From the NCBI GenBank assembly GCA_011523395.1, contig WTGW01000032.1:1-61880 (forward strand): a stretch of 61,880 nucleotides of DNA, written 5' to 3'. The position numbers were made by a program, and so were the translations under genes. Source of the DNA: Acidimicrobiia bacterium (lineage in GTDB: Bacteria > Actinomycetota > Acidimicrobiia > Spongiisociales > Spongiisociaceae). Below the pieces are notes generated by a model, which did not search any database, was not told the DNA's origin, and saw only the letters and a list, made by a program, of their open reading frames with translations. Every line of letters starts with the position of its first letter. Position 1 is the first letter of the stretch. Shown piece by piece: positions 28,944 through 38,389 of the stretch.

Positions 28944-29008
28944 TCAAGTCCCCTGGGAAACCGACGTAATTCAATTGTAGAAGTCCCACAATATTGACGT
29001 AATCAATG
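28944..29008. promoter_or_regulatory. Tandem imperfect direct repeat AAGTCCC-N(8-10)-GACGTAAT(T)CAAT, candidate operator pair
   Basis: The two units are aagtcccctgggaaaccgacgtaattcaattg and aagtcccacaatattgacgtaatcaatgg. The second contains the inverted repeat ATTGAcgtaaTCAAT. They sit in an AT-rich island between the two binding-protein genes. Confidence 0.4.
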
Positions 29009-29211
29009 GGAATCGACCAGCCGAAACCGGCGCGTTTCGTGCGCCGCCCCTTGCAGGCTTACCGACCTTTGAGCCGCTACCGGTCCGGCGGCCCGATTTG
29101 CGCAGTTCAGGGAAAAAGTAACCGGGCTTCCAGTCCGGTTATCGGCCCATCAAAGTAGACTTTGAGTCATCTGCACCGAAGCAGACGAGCCCATAACCGG
29201 GGGAGGATTCC

Positions 29212-31452
29212 ATGAGGGCTTCATCGATGCACAAATCCCTGCGATGGCTGGCGGTCGCGGCCGTTCTGGCCCTGCTCGCCACGGCCTGCGGGGCAGAAGA
29301 CGACACGGACGACGCAGCAGCGGCGCAGGCACAGGCACAGGCCGCCGCAGCGCAGGCGGAGGCAGACGCAGCGCAGGCGGAGGCGGACGCGGCAGAGGCC
29401 GCGCTGACCCAGGCACAGGCCGATCTGGAAGCCGCCCAGGCGGCTGCGGCCGAGGCCATGGAGGGCGACGATGCCGCCCAGGCCGAACTCGCCGCAGCGC
29501 TCGCCGACGCCGAGGCAGCTCTGGCAGATGCCGAGATGGCAGCCGAGGAGGCCATGGAGGCGGCCGCGGCGGCCGAGGAGGCCATGGAGGCGGCCGCGGC
29601 GGAGGAAGCCGCGGCGACCACCGCGGCGGAAGAAGACGCCATGACGGAAGCCGGTCCGTTCACCTACAAGCTGGCCATCTTCAGCGACCCGACCACCGAC
29701 AACCCGTGGGCCTACCTCGACACGGAGGCGGACGTGTGGAACCAGTACGTGCTGTCACCTGCCATCCCGACCCTGTACGGATCGACGTTCCCGAGTTACA
29801 CGGTGGTGCCGAACCTCGCGGCCGACGTCGAGCCCCCGCTGGGCGCCGCCTCAGGCGACAACTGGGTGATCGACGTAAACATGAGGCAGGGTCTGGTCTG
29901 GAGCGACGGCTCACCGATCACCGCCAACGACGTGGCCTTCACCTTCAACGCGGTCAAGGGTCTCCAGATGGGCGGCAACTGGTTCTCCCTGCTACCGCTG
30001 GCCAGGGAGGACGATCCGGACACAGAGGAGAACGAAGGAGCCGAGGGCCTGATCTCCGTCGAGGCTCTCGACGACTACACCGTCCGGTACACGTGGAGTT
30101 CGCAGCCGGGCCTGGCCCAGTGGCAGTTCGGCGCGGCCCAGGCCGCGGTCTTCTCCGAGGCCCACTGGGGCCCGCACGTGGCCGCATCCGGCGACGCCGG
30201 CGAGCTCTACGCCGTGTCCGGCGAGGGTGCGCTATCCGGCGGGAGCATGGTCTTCGACCGCCGCGAGCCCGGCGCCTTCGCCCGGAGCGTGGCGAACGCG
30301 AACGCTAACGACCAGGGAGCGCAGACCACCAGTTACTCGTCCGGAGGCGTCACCTTCTCGGGCGACGTGAGCTGGCAGGTGGGCGACACGTCCGGAGACG
30401 TCATCGCCGACTCGGTCGGCGGGCCTCACGCGGGCGACGCCATCTACTCGGTGTACGACACCCAGGATGCGGCGGTCCTGGCCCTGCGCGACGGGGAGGT
30501 GGACTTCCTGCTCAACCCGCTGGGTCTCCAGCGCGGTCTCCAGTCCACGGTCCTGGAAGCGGGTGACCTCGACGTGATCGCCAACGCTTCCAACGGCTTC
30601 CGCTACCTGGCCTTCAACACCCGGAGTTTCCCCGGTTCGGACGTGGCCTTCCGCCAGGCGATGGCGTGCATGATCGACAAGGAGTTCATGGCGACCAACG
30701 TCCTGCAGGGCGTGGCCATCCCCCTGAACTCCATGGTGCCTCCCGGCAACGCCTTCTGGGCCAACCCGGAACTGGATGCCTGGTGCGCGGGCCAGAGCCA
30801 GGAGGAGCGGGTCAATTCAGCCGTTCAGATCCTGAAGGACGCCGGGTGGACATGGGACGTCGAACCCCAATGGAACCCCGACAACCGGGACGTGATCCCC
30901 AAGGGTGAAGGCCTGCGGGGTCCGGACGGCACGCTGGTCGGCGATCTCGAGTTGCTGGCCCCCGGGCCCGGATACGACCCGCTACGGGCAACGTACAGCC
31001 TGTTCATCGCCGACTGGGCCAACGACCTCGGCATACCGCTGACGGCGGAGCCCACCGGTTTCTCCGTGATCGTGGACAAGGTGTTCGGGCCGGTGGACTG
31101 GGACATGTACATCCTCGGATGGGGTCTCACCATCTTCCCCGACTACGTTGCCGACTTCTTCGACTCGCGCGCCGACTCGGCCACCGCCGGCGGGTTCAAC
31201 ATCCCCGGCTACGCCAACCCGGAGTTCGACGCGATGGCGGATCGGTTGAAGGCGGAGACCGACATCAACGAGGCGGCCTCCATCGTGCGCCAGATGGACG
31301 CGGTGCTCGCCCAGGACGTCCCGTACGTGGTCCTGTTCACGACGCCCGTACTCGAGGCATTCCGGAATACCCTGGAGTTCCCCAGCACCACCACTCTCGA
31401 CGGCTTGCAGAACTTCCAAGGGCTGCCCGGAGCGGTGAACCTGGCGCAGTAG
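29212..31452 (+). CDS. ABC transporter substrate-binding lipoprotein, family 5, paralog 2, with an Ala/Glu/Gln-rich N-terminal linker
   Basis: Lipobox LALLATAC. A ~130-aa low-complexity helical linker is built from in-frame DNA tandem repeats. The body is paralogous to 26894-28924. Confidence 0.85.
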   Translation: MRASSMHKSLRWLAVAAVLALLATACGAEDDTDDAAAAQAQAQAAAAQAEADAAQAEADAAEAALTQAQADLEAAQAAAAEAMEGDDAAQAELAAALADAEAALADAEMAAEEAMEAAAAAEEAMEAAAAEEAAATTAAEEDAMTEAGPFTYKLAIFSDPTTDNPWAYLDTEADVWNQYVLSPAIPTLYGSTFPSYTVVPNLAADVEPPLGAASGDNWVIDVNMRQGLVWSDGSPITANDVAFTFNAVKGLQMGGNWFSLLPLAREDDPDTEENEGAEGLISVEALDDYTVRYTWSSQPGLAQWQFGAAQAAVFSEAHWGPHVAASGDAGELYAVSGEGALSGGSMVFDRREPGAFARSVANANANDQGAQTTSYSSGGVTFSGDVSWQVGDTSGDVIADSVGGPHAGDAIYSVYDTQDAAVLALRDGEVDFLLNPLGLQRGLQSTVLEAGDLDVIANASNGFRYLAFNTRSFPGSDVAFRQAMACMIDKEFMATNVLQGVAIPLNSMVPPGNAFWANPELDAWCAGQSQEERVNSAVQILKDAGWTWDVEPQWNPDNRDVIPKGEGLRGPDGTLVGDLELLAPGPGYDPLRATYSLFIADWANDLGIPLTAEPTGFSVIVDKVFGPVDWDMYILGWGLTIFPDYVADFFDSRADSATAGGFNIPGYANPEFDAMADRLKAETDINEAASIVRQMDAVLAQDVPYVVLFTTPVLEAFRNTLEFPSTTTLDGLQNFQGLPGAVNLAQ

Positions 31453-31557
31453 CGATCGCCAGAGGACAGAGCGGTGGGACAGGCCTGACGGCCATCCCAC
31501 CGCCTCGCCCGACCGCCCGGAGCAAGACGGGAGCAGCGAGGGGAAGGCTGCGATGAG

Positions 31558-32733
31558 ATGATTCGATACATTGCGCGGCGCACCGTGCAGATGTTCGTGC
31601 TGTTCATCATCTTCCTGACGCTCACCTTCCTGCTTCTCACCGCCCTGCCCGGCGATACCGTCAAGCAGCGGTTCGCCACCAATCCCAACATCCCGCCGGA
31701 GGCTGCGCAGTTGGCCATCGAGCGTCTCGGCCTCGACAAGCCGCTGTGGGAGCAATACACCAGCTACGTGTGGAACTTCTTCCGCGGAGACTTCGGGTTC
31801 TCCTTCCTCCAGTACCCGCGCCCGGTGTCCGACATCATCCTGGAGCGACTGCCGCGGACCCTGGTGCTGTTCCTCACGGTGCTGGTGAGCTACTACATCC
31901 TCGGGTTCGTGGCCGGTAAGTTCATCGCCTGGAGGCGGGGCCGGAGGGGCGAGCATGCCATAACCATCGGCAGCGTGTTCCTCTACACGGTGTTCTACCC
32001 CTGGTTCGCGCTGATGCTGATCTGGTTCTTCGCCTTCTACGCCGACGTGGTGCCGATAAACAAGTTCCTCGATCCGCAGGAGTGGGTGGACGCTCCCTTC
32101 AGTTCCAACCATGTGTTCATGGTGATCTTCGGGGTGATGCTGGTGAGCGGGATTGCCGCGCTCACGCTGTGGATAGTGTCCCGCCGCATCAGGGACTCCG
32201 CCCTGCGGACGAGGACCGTCTGGGTGGGTTATGGCGCGCTGGCCGTGGTGATGCTCTGGTTCTGGTACCTGAGCGACTTCGGGTCGGCCCGGCGGCTGTA
32301 CGCCGGGGACATTCTGCACCACATGATCCTCCCGGTTGTCACGATCACGCTGATCAGCTTCGCCGGGATCATGCTCCTGACCCGGAGTTCCATGCTGGAG
32401 ACCATGCGGGAGGACTTCATCCTGACCGCCCGGGCCAAGGGCCTGGCGGAGAAGACGGTGCGCGACCGCCATGCGGCCCGGACCGCCCTGCTCCCGGTCA
32501 CCACCAGCCTGGTGATCGCAGTGGCGACCGTCATCGACGGGGGCATCATCACCGAGACCGTCTACTCGTGGCCCGGCATGGGAGAGCTCCTGTTCACGTC
32601 GGTCGTCGGGCAGGACACGAACCTGGCCATCGCCGCCTTCTCGTTCGTGGGCGTCATGGCCATGGTCGGGCACCTGGTGGTGGACATCCTCTACATGTTC
32701 CTCGACCCCCGCATCAGGGTCACGGGGGAGTGA
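31558..32733 (+). CDS. ABC transporter permease (DppB/OppB-like)
   Basis: 391 aa starting MIRYIARRTVQMFVLFIIFLTLTF, with a binding-protein-dependent transport inner-membrane signature region. Confidence 0.85.
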   Translation: MIRYIARRTVQMFVLFIIFLTLTFLLLTALPGDTVKQRFATNPNIPPEAAQLAIERLGLDKPLWEQYTSYVWNFFRGDFGFSFLQYPRPVSDIILERLPRTLVLFLTVLVSYYILGFVAGKFIAWRRGRRGEHAITIGSVFLYTVFYPWFALMLIWFFAFYADVVPINKFLDPQEWVDAPFSSNHVFMVIFGVMLVSGIAALTLWIVSRRIRDSALRTRTVWVGYGALAVVMLWFWYLSDFGSARRLYAGDILHHMILPVVTITLISFAGIMLLTRSSMLETMREDFILTARAKGLAEKTVRDRHAARTALLPVTTSLVIAVATVIDGGIITETVYSWPGMGELLFTSVVGQDTNLAIAAFSFVGVMAMVGHLVVDILYMFLDPRIRVTGE

Positions 32734-32752
32734 CGATGCCGGAACCCGTGCG

Positions 32753-34012
32753 ATGACGGATCTGCTGGAGGCCCGGCCGGCGACCCCCGTGGCCGCGAAG
32801 GGTTCGCTGTGGAGGATCCGGGCCAACCTGGTGTGGGCCGGCGTGACCAACAACTGGAACCTGTTCCGGACGAACCGGGTCGGCCTGGTGGGGCTGGCCA
32901 TCATCCTGTTCTTCGCGCTGATGGCCCTGATACATCCCGTCCTGATGTCCGGCATGCGTTGGTACTCCGGCACCGCCCTGTTCCTGGTGGTGTGGCCGAT
33001 CGTGGCATGGGTGGTCTGGCCGTTGCTGGGGCGGCTGCGCCACGAGCGGAGGGTCACCCTCCCGTTGACGGTCGGACTCACAGCCGCCCTGCTGGTAGTG
33101 ATCGGGGTGACGCTCGGCGGAGTGTGGGACGCCTCCACCTACCACCCCGTGGTGGGAAACGAGGCGAACCCGCCGGTCCTCCACAAGACGGTCGTCAACG
33201 AGGTCTCGGACCCGGCGACGGAGATGTCGATACGCGAGGCGCTGCTCTACTCGAACCCTGACGGATCTCCCCTGCTCCTCGGAGACGTCGCCGAGATCCG
33301 GGAGCAACCCACAGGTCCCTACGGGCGGCACCTGCTCGGAACCGACCCGCTGGGGCGCGACATCCTGTCCCAACTCATGAAAGGCGCCCAGGGAGCGTTC
33401 CTGCTCGGAATGGTGGCGGCCCTGGTCACCGTCCTCTTCGCCACCTCGGTCGGCGCAGTGGCCGCCTATCTGGGCGGCTGGATCGACTCGTTCTTCATGC
33501 GCCTGGCCGATCTGTTGCTGATGCTCCCCGCGCTGGCCATCTTCATCGTGATGAGCTCGGTGTTTCGCTTCGAGCTGTGGCACCTGGCCATCCTGATCGG
33601 GGTGCTGTCGGGTTTCGGCGGAGTGGCCATCGTCCTCAAGTCGCAGGCCCTGGCGGTGAAGGTCAAGCCCTTCATCGAGGCTGCGCGGGTGGCGGGTGGC
33701 TCCACGTTCCGTGTCATAGCCGTCCACGTGATACCCAACGTGATGCCGCTCAGCTTCCTGTACATGATGTTCACCGTCACCGCGGCCATCCAGACCGAGG
33801 CGGTTCTCTCCTTCCTCGGCCTGCTCAACATCGACATGAGCTGGGGGTTGATGATCGAACTGGCCAGGAACCAGGGGTACTTCCTCACCGGCATGCGCTT
33901 CTGGTGGCTGGTGTTCCCGGCCGGGATGTGCGTGTCCCTCCTCGCCGCCGCGTTCTTCCTGGTCGGCCGGGCCATGGACGAGGTGGTCAATCCCAGGCTG
34001 AGGAAGCGATGA
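32753..34012 (+). CDS. ABC transporter permease (DppC/OppC-like) with a ~150-aa insertion carrying two extra hydrophobic helices
   Basis: The conserved HLLGTDPLGRDILSQL block appears only at about residue 200. Extra helices (FLVVWPIVAWVVWPLLG, LTVGLTAALLVVIGVTLGGV) lie between TM1 and that block. Confidence 0.8.
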   Translation: MTDLLEARPATPVAAKGSLWRIRANLVWAGVTNNWNLFRTNRVGLVGLAIILFFALMALIHPVLMSGMRWYSGTALFLVVWPIVAWVVWPLLGRLRHERRVTLPLTVGLTAALLVVIGVTLGGVWDASTYHPVVGNEANPPVLHKTVVNEVSDPATEMSIREALLYSNPDGSPLLLGDVAEIREQPTGPYGRHLLGTDPLGRDILSQLMKGAQGAFLLGMVAALVTVLFATSVGAVAAYLGGWIDSFFMRLADLLLMLPALAIFIVMSSVFRFELWHLAILIGVLSGFGGVAIVLKSQALAVKVKPFIEAARVAGGSTFRVIAVHVIPNVMPLSFLYMMFTVTAAIQTEAVLSFLGLLNIDMSWGLMIELARNQGYFLTGMRFWWLVFPAGMCVSLLAAAFFLVGRAMDEVVNPRLRKR

Positions 34013-34088
34013 CCGCGGCTGACACGAGGACCATGGCGTATCCGGCCTGCCACGGCCCCGGAGGCACACCGATGCTGCGGGGGAACGG

Positions 34089-35522
34089 ATGAGCGCGACC
34101 CCGGCGTCCCGTCCGCCCCGGCTGAACCTGCCGGCGATCGTCCTCGGGGTCGCCGTCATCGCGTTGCTCAACTTGTGGTTGGGAGCGTGGATAACCCCCG
34201 CGGAGGGCCAGTACCGGCCCGGGTACCTGGTGATCCTGGTGGCCTTGCTGCTGCCCGGATTCCTCGGCGCCCTCGTATCCGGTCTGGCCGCCCGTCATCG
34301 GTTCCCCACCCACGGGCTGATGGCCGGGCTGGGTATGTTCTTGGTCGAGCTCATCTGGGGCGCGGTCGGGGGCGAGCTGGCCATCGGTACGGTCATCGTG
34401 CGTGCTCTGGGATTCGCCTCAGGAGCGGCACTGGGCGGGCAAGCGGCAGGCCGGATGGCGAGCTACCTACGTTCCGCCCGGGCCGAGGCCGCGGACCGGG
34501 TCGCCGGTGCCTCGGACACCGCCCCGCTCCTGGAGGTGGACGGCCTCAGCATGCATTACCGGACCAGCATCGGATGGGTATCCGCGGTCGACGGGGTTAG
34601 CTTCGAGCTGCGCAAGGGCGAGGCACTGGGACTGGTGGGGGAGTCCGGCTGTGGCAAGACCTCGGTGGCGATGTCGCTCCTGCGATTGCTACCCGAGAAC
34701 GCCGAGTTCCGAGGCGGATCTGTCCGTCTCAACGGGGTCGATCTCCTCGACATGACCGAGGACGAGATGAGAAGCCGCCGCTGGTCGGACATCGCCATGG
34801 TCTTCCAGGGCGCCATGAACGCATGGAACCCCGTGTACACCGTCTACGAGCAGATCCGGGAGGCGATGGTCACCCATTTCGGGGGCGAACTGACAGAGGA
34901 ACAGATCCGGGACCGGGTCGGCGAGTTGTTCGATCTGGTCGGCTTGAACCGGGCGATGGTGGATCGTTACCCGCACGAGTTCTCGGGGGGAATGCGGCAG
35001 CGGGCGGTCATCGCGATGGCCCTATCGTGCGACCCCCAGGTGATCATCGCGGACGAGCCGACCACCGCCCTCGACGTCATAGTGCAGGACCAGATCCTCC
35101 AGGAGTTGAAGCAGGTCCAGACCGCGCTGGGAATGAGCATCATCTACATCTCCCACGACATCGCGGTCATCGCCGAGGTGACCGAGGTGATGGGCGTGAT
35201 GTACGCGGGCCGCCTCGTGGAGCTGGGCCCGACCGCGGAGGTGTTCTCCCGGCCTCGCCATCCCTACACCTACCTGCTGCTGCGGTCCACCCCGTCGGTG
35301 ACCGGGCCCCGCCGCGTGCTGGCGCCGCTCGAGGGCGAGCCGCCCAACCTGGTCGATCCGCCCACGGGATGCCGGTTCCATCCCCGTTGCCCTTACGCCG
35401 ACCAGCGCTGCCGGGAGGAGAACCCGGCCATCGAGGTCATCGACCCGCAGTCCGGCCATGGCGTGGCCTGCTGGAACTGGGGGAGCGTACCGGTCCGGAT
35501 TAGCAAGGGCGTAGAGGCATGA
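34089..35522 (+). CDS. ABC transporter ATP-binding protein (DppD/OppD-like) fused to a ~145-aa N-terminal hydrophobic domain
   Basis: Walker [10 protein letters not shown], signature FSGGMRQR, Walker [12 protein letters not shown], and an oligopeptide C-terminal CRFHPRCP motif. Preceded in frame by about four predicted TM helices. Confidence 0.85.
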   Translation: MSATPASRPPRLNLPAIVLGVAVIALLNLWLGAWITPAEGQYRPGYLVILVALLLPGFLGALVSGLAARHRFPTHGLMAGLGMFLVELIWGAVGGELAIGTVIVRALGFASGAALGGQAAGRMASYLRSARAEAADRVAGASDTAPLLEVDGLSMHYRTSIGWVSAVDGVSFELRKGEALGLVGESGCGKTSVAMSLLRLLPENAEFRGGSVRLNGVDLLDMTEDEMRSRRWSDIAMVFQGAMNAWNPVYTVYEQIREAMVTHFGGELTEEQIRDRVGELFDLVGLNRAMVDRYPHEFSGGMRQRAVIAMALSCDPQVIIADEPTTALDVIVQDQILQELKQVQTALGMSIIYISHDIAVIAEVTEVMGVMYAGRLVELGPTAEVFSRPRHPYTYLLLRSTPSVTGPRRVLAPLEGEPPNLVDPPTGCRFHPRCPYADQRCREENPAIEVIDPQSGHGVACWNWGSVPVRISKGVEA

Positions 35523-36523
35523 CGCGGCCACTGGTCAGGGTGGAGAACCTGACCAAGCGGTTCCCGATCGCCCGCAATGCCTTCAGCCGGGCAACCGAGT
35601 ACGTCCACGCGGTGGACGGGATCAGCTTCGACATCGCCCCGGGCGAGACCCTCGGCCTGGTGGGGGAGTCGGGCTGCGGCAAGAGCACCACCGGGAAGCT
35701 GATGGTGAAGCTGCTCGAGGCCGGCTCCGGACGGATCATGATCGAGCAGGACGGCGAGATGGTCGACATGGCCGGCATCACCGACAAGGAGGACCTGCGA
35801 CGCTTCCGGCGCCGGGTGCAGATGATCTTCCAGGATCCCTTCGAGTCGCTCAACCCGCGGCGCACCGTGTACGACACGATCGCGGAACCCCTGACCGTGC
35901 AGCGGATCGGGAGCGTGAGGGAACGCGAGGAACGGGCGATGCGGCTCCTGGAGCTGGTAGGGCTGACGCCGCCATCGACCTTCCTGTTCCGCTACCCGCA
36001 CGAGCTGTCGGGAGGGCAGAGGCAGCGGATCGCCATCGCCCGGGCGTTGGTGGTCGACCCGGCCTTCGTGGTCGCCGACGAACCCACCTCCATGCTCGAC
36101 GTCTCGATCCGGATCTCGATCATGGACCTGATGCTGAAGCTGGCTGAGCAACTGGACGTCTCCTACCTCTACATAACCCATGACCTGGCGGTGGCGCGTT
36201 ACATGTGCGACCGGATCGCGGTCATGTATCTCGGCAAGATCGTGGAGATGGGGGAGACGGAGGAGATCCTCGGCAACCCGCAGCATCCCTACACCAGGGC
36301 ATTGCTGGCTTCCGTGCCGGTTCCCGATCCCGCCCACCACCGGGAGGGAGCTGACATCCGCGGCGGGATATCCAAGGCGATCAACCCGCCGCCCAGGTGC
36401 CGCTTCATCGATCGGTGTCCAATGGCAGCCGACATCTGCCGCTCCAGCGACCATCCACCCCTCGAGGAGGCCAACCCCGGCCATTTGGTAGCTTGCTACC
36501 GATGGGAGGACGCGCCGGTGTGA
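35519..36523 (+). CDS. ABC transporter ATP-binding protein (DppF/OppF-like)
   Basis: Walker A GESGCGKST, signature LSGGQRQR, Walker B VVADEPTSMLD, C-terminal CRFIDRCP. Confidence 0.9.
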   Translation: MTRPLVRVENLTKRFPIARNAFSRATEYVHAVDGISFDIAPGETLGLVGESGCGKSTTGKLMVKLLEAGSGRIMIEQDGEMVDMAGITDKEDLRRFRRRVQMIFQDPFESLNPRRTVYDTIAEPLTVQRIGSVREREERAMRLLELVGLTPPSTFLFRYPHELSGGQRQRIAIARALVVDPAFVVADEPTSMLDVSIRISIMDLMLKLAEQLDVSYLYITHDLAVARYMCDRIAVMYLGKIVEMGETEEILGNPQHPYTRALLASVPVPDPAHHREGADIRGGISKAINPPPRCRFIDRCPMAADICRSSDHPPLEEANPGHLVACYRWEDAPV

Positions 36524-37101
36524 GCGAGGCAACAACCGACCAGCCGGCTACCCAGGATGCCGGACTCTGGACCTGGCCCAACCTGATCTCCGTCCTGAGG
36601 ATCCTGGCCCTGCCCGTCTTCCTGTGGGTGTTGCTGGGTCTCGACCGCCCGTTCCTGGCCGCCGTTCTCCTCGGATTGATATCGGTGACCGACCTGCTCG
36701 ACGGCATGCTGGCCCGTCGTCTGGACCAGGTGTCCGAGATCGGCAAGATGCTCGATCCGGTGGCGGACCGGCTGGTGGTCTTCGCAGGCGTGGTGGGCGG
36801 AATGGTGGCAGGTCTGGTCCCGCTGTGGCTGGGGGGGTCCCTGATCGTCCGGGAGGCGATCATCGGACCCACGACCATCTACTACCTTGTACGCCGCAAC
36901 ATCCGGGTGCCGGTCCGGCGGATGGGTAAGACGGCCACCGCGCTCATCTTCTTCGCGGTGCCCTTCTACTACCTGACCGCTACCAGCTTCATGCCCCTCT
37001 TCTGGGAGGTCGTGGCCACGATCCTCGGTGTGCTGGGCCTGATCCTGTACCTCATCGTGACCTGGCGCTACCTGGGCGATCTCCGCCGTGCTCGGGGCTG
37101 A
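36520..37101 (+). CDS. CDP-alcohol phosphatidyltransferase (PgsA-type)
   Basis: GTG 36520 overlaps the upstream stop. Motif DLLDGMLARRLDQVSEIGKMLDPVADR, i.e. D(x)2DG(x)2AR...G(x)3D(x)3D. Confidence 0.82.
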   Translation: MSEATTDQPATQDAGLWTWPNLISVLRILALPVFLWVLLGLDRPFLAAVLLGLISVTDLLDGMLARRLDQVSEIGKMLDPVADRLVVFAGVVGGMVAGLVPLWLGGSLIVREAIIGPTTIYYLVRRNIRVPVRRMGKTATALIFFAVPFYYLTATSFMPLFWEVVATILGVLGLILYLIVTWRYLGDLRRARG

Positions 37102-37222
37102 GTCCATCCACCCAAAGGTTCTAGCTAAACTTTAATGACGAGCCACGGATGTGAAATCGTTGCTCGACAATGCCCGACTGTTTGAGCACCTGTAAACAGT
37201 TCCAAAGAAAGCGTCCCCGGTC

Positions 37223-37693
37223 GTGGGTCTCTACAACTACACTCGCGGTATGGATGACTCGCACCCGGCGCCGGACGTGACCGGCCGCCAGCCCGGTGAG
37301 GATGCCACCTCTCCTGGGGACGTGACCGAGGTCCTCGATCTCTTCGATGACGAGGGGAATCCCATCGGGACCGGCCAGCCCGGGTCGGATGAGGGCGGCC
37401 CGTCCTACAAGCTGATAGTACGAAGCGGCCAGCAGGCCGGCCGGTCGTGGCGGGTACCGTCCGGCGACACCCGGATCGGGCGCCATCCGTACAACGACAT
37501 CGCCCTCGACCACATCACCGTCTCCCGGAGCCACTGCCTGCTAACGCTCGATGACACGGGAATGACCCTCACCGATCTGGGATCCACCAACGGGACCTAC
37601 GTGAACGGCAGGCGGGCGGAGAGCACCACCATCCTTCCCGGCGACGAGCTGATGATCGGGATGTTCCGGCTCCTGCTGGCCCGGGGACGATGA
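37223..37693 (+). CDS. FHA-domain protein (GarA/OdhI-like)
   Basis: C-terminal FHA fold: RIGRHPYNDIALDHITVSRSHCLL...GSTNGTYVNG. ATG 37250 is an alternative start. ATGA coupling to the MerR gene. Confidence 0.85.
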   Translation: MGLYNYTRGMDDSHPAPDVTGRQPGEDATSPGDVTEVLDLFDDEGNPIGTGQPGSDEGGPSYKLIVRSGQQAGRSWRVPSGDTRIGRHPYNDIALDHITVSRSHCLLTLDDTGMTLTDLGSTNGTYVNGRRAESTTILPGDELMIGMFRLLLARGR

Positions 37694-38382
37694 CGGATTC
37701 TCCGACCCTCACCATCGGCCGGGTCCGGAAGCTGCTCAACGACGAGTTCCCCGACGTGACCACCTCCAAGATCCGATTCCTCGAGACCAATGGCCTCGTC
37801 CACCCGGCCAGGTCGCCGTCCGGATACCGGCATTTCCGCCAGTCCGACGTCGACCGGCTCCGCTTCATCCTTCGCCAGCAGCGTGACCACTTCCTTCCCC
37901 TCAAGGTCATCAAGTCGCAGCTGACCCGGCTCGAGAGGGGCGAGATACCGGCCGGAGGGGTGGACACCGAGGAGCCGTTACCGGTCCCCGAGATCGCCGA
38001 CGAGACATTCAGCCTGAACGAACTGGCCCGACGGTCCGACCTGACCCCCGCCCAGGTTCGCCAACTCCTCGACCACGGTCTGCTGGCCCCGCTTAACGAC
38101 GAGGGCCCCCACCAGTTCACCACCGGGGACGTGGCCGTGGCCCGCCAGTGCGGGGTGCTGCTCGCGGAGGGTCTAGAACCCCGGCACATCCGCCAGGTTC
38201 GCCAGGCCGTCTCCCGCCAGGTCGAACTGCTCGACAGGCTCACCCTCGCTATGCGCCTGAGCCCGAGCCAGGCCAGCCGGCGCCAGGCCGCCAGGACGTT
38301 GAGCCGGGGGGCCGAGGCGATCCGGCTGCTCTCCCAGTCCTTCCTCCAGGCGGACGTAAAGGCGCTCCTCGGCGAGGACTGA
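37690..38382 (+). CDS. MerR-family transcriptional regulator (two MerR-like HTH regions)
   Basis: LTIGRVRKLLNDEFPDVTTSKIRFLETNGLVHPARSPSGYRHF is a MerR HTH. Positioned after the FHA gene, as in mycobacterial Rv1827-Rv1828. Confidence 0.82.
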   Translation: MTDSPTLTIGRVRKLLNDEFPDVTTSKIRFLETNGLVHPARSPSGYRHFRQSDVDRLRFILRQQRDHFLPLKVIKSQLTRLERGEIPAGGVDTEEPLPVPEIADETFSLNELARRSDLTPAQVRQLLDHGLLAPLNDEGPHQFTTGDVAVARQCGVLLAEGLEPRHIRQVRQAVSRQVELLDRLTLAMRLSPSQASRRQAARTLSRGAEAIRLLSQSFLQADVKALLGED

Positions 38383-38389
38383 CCTCCAC

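Noticed and set aside
34009-34092. A 27-codon ORF ([27 protein letters not shown]) bridging the permease and the TM-fused ATPase.
   Set aside because: The only support is an ATGA overlap with the permease stop. It has no conservation signal and no SD, and it is too short to call without expression data.
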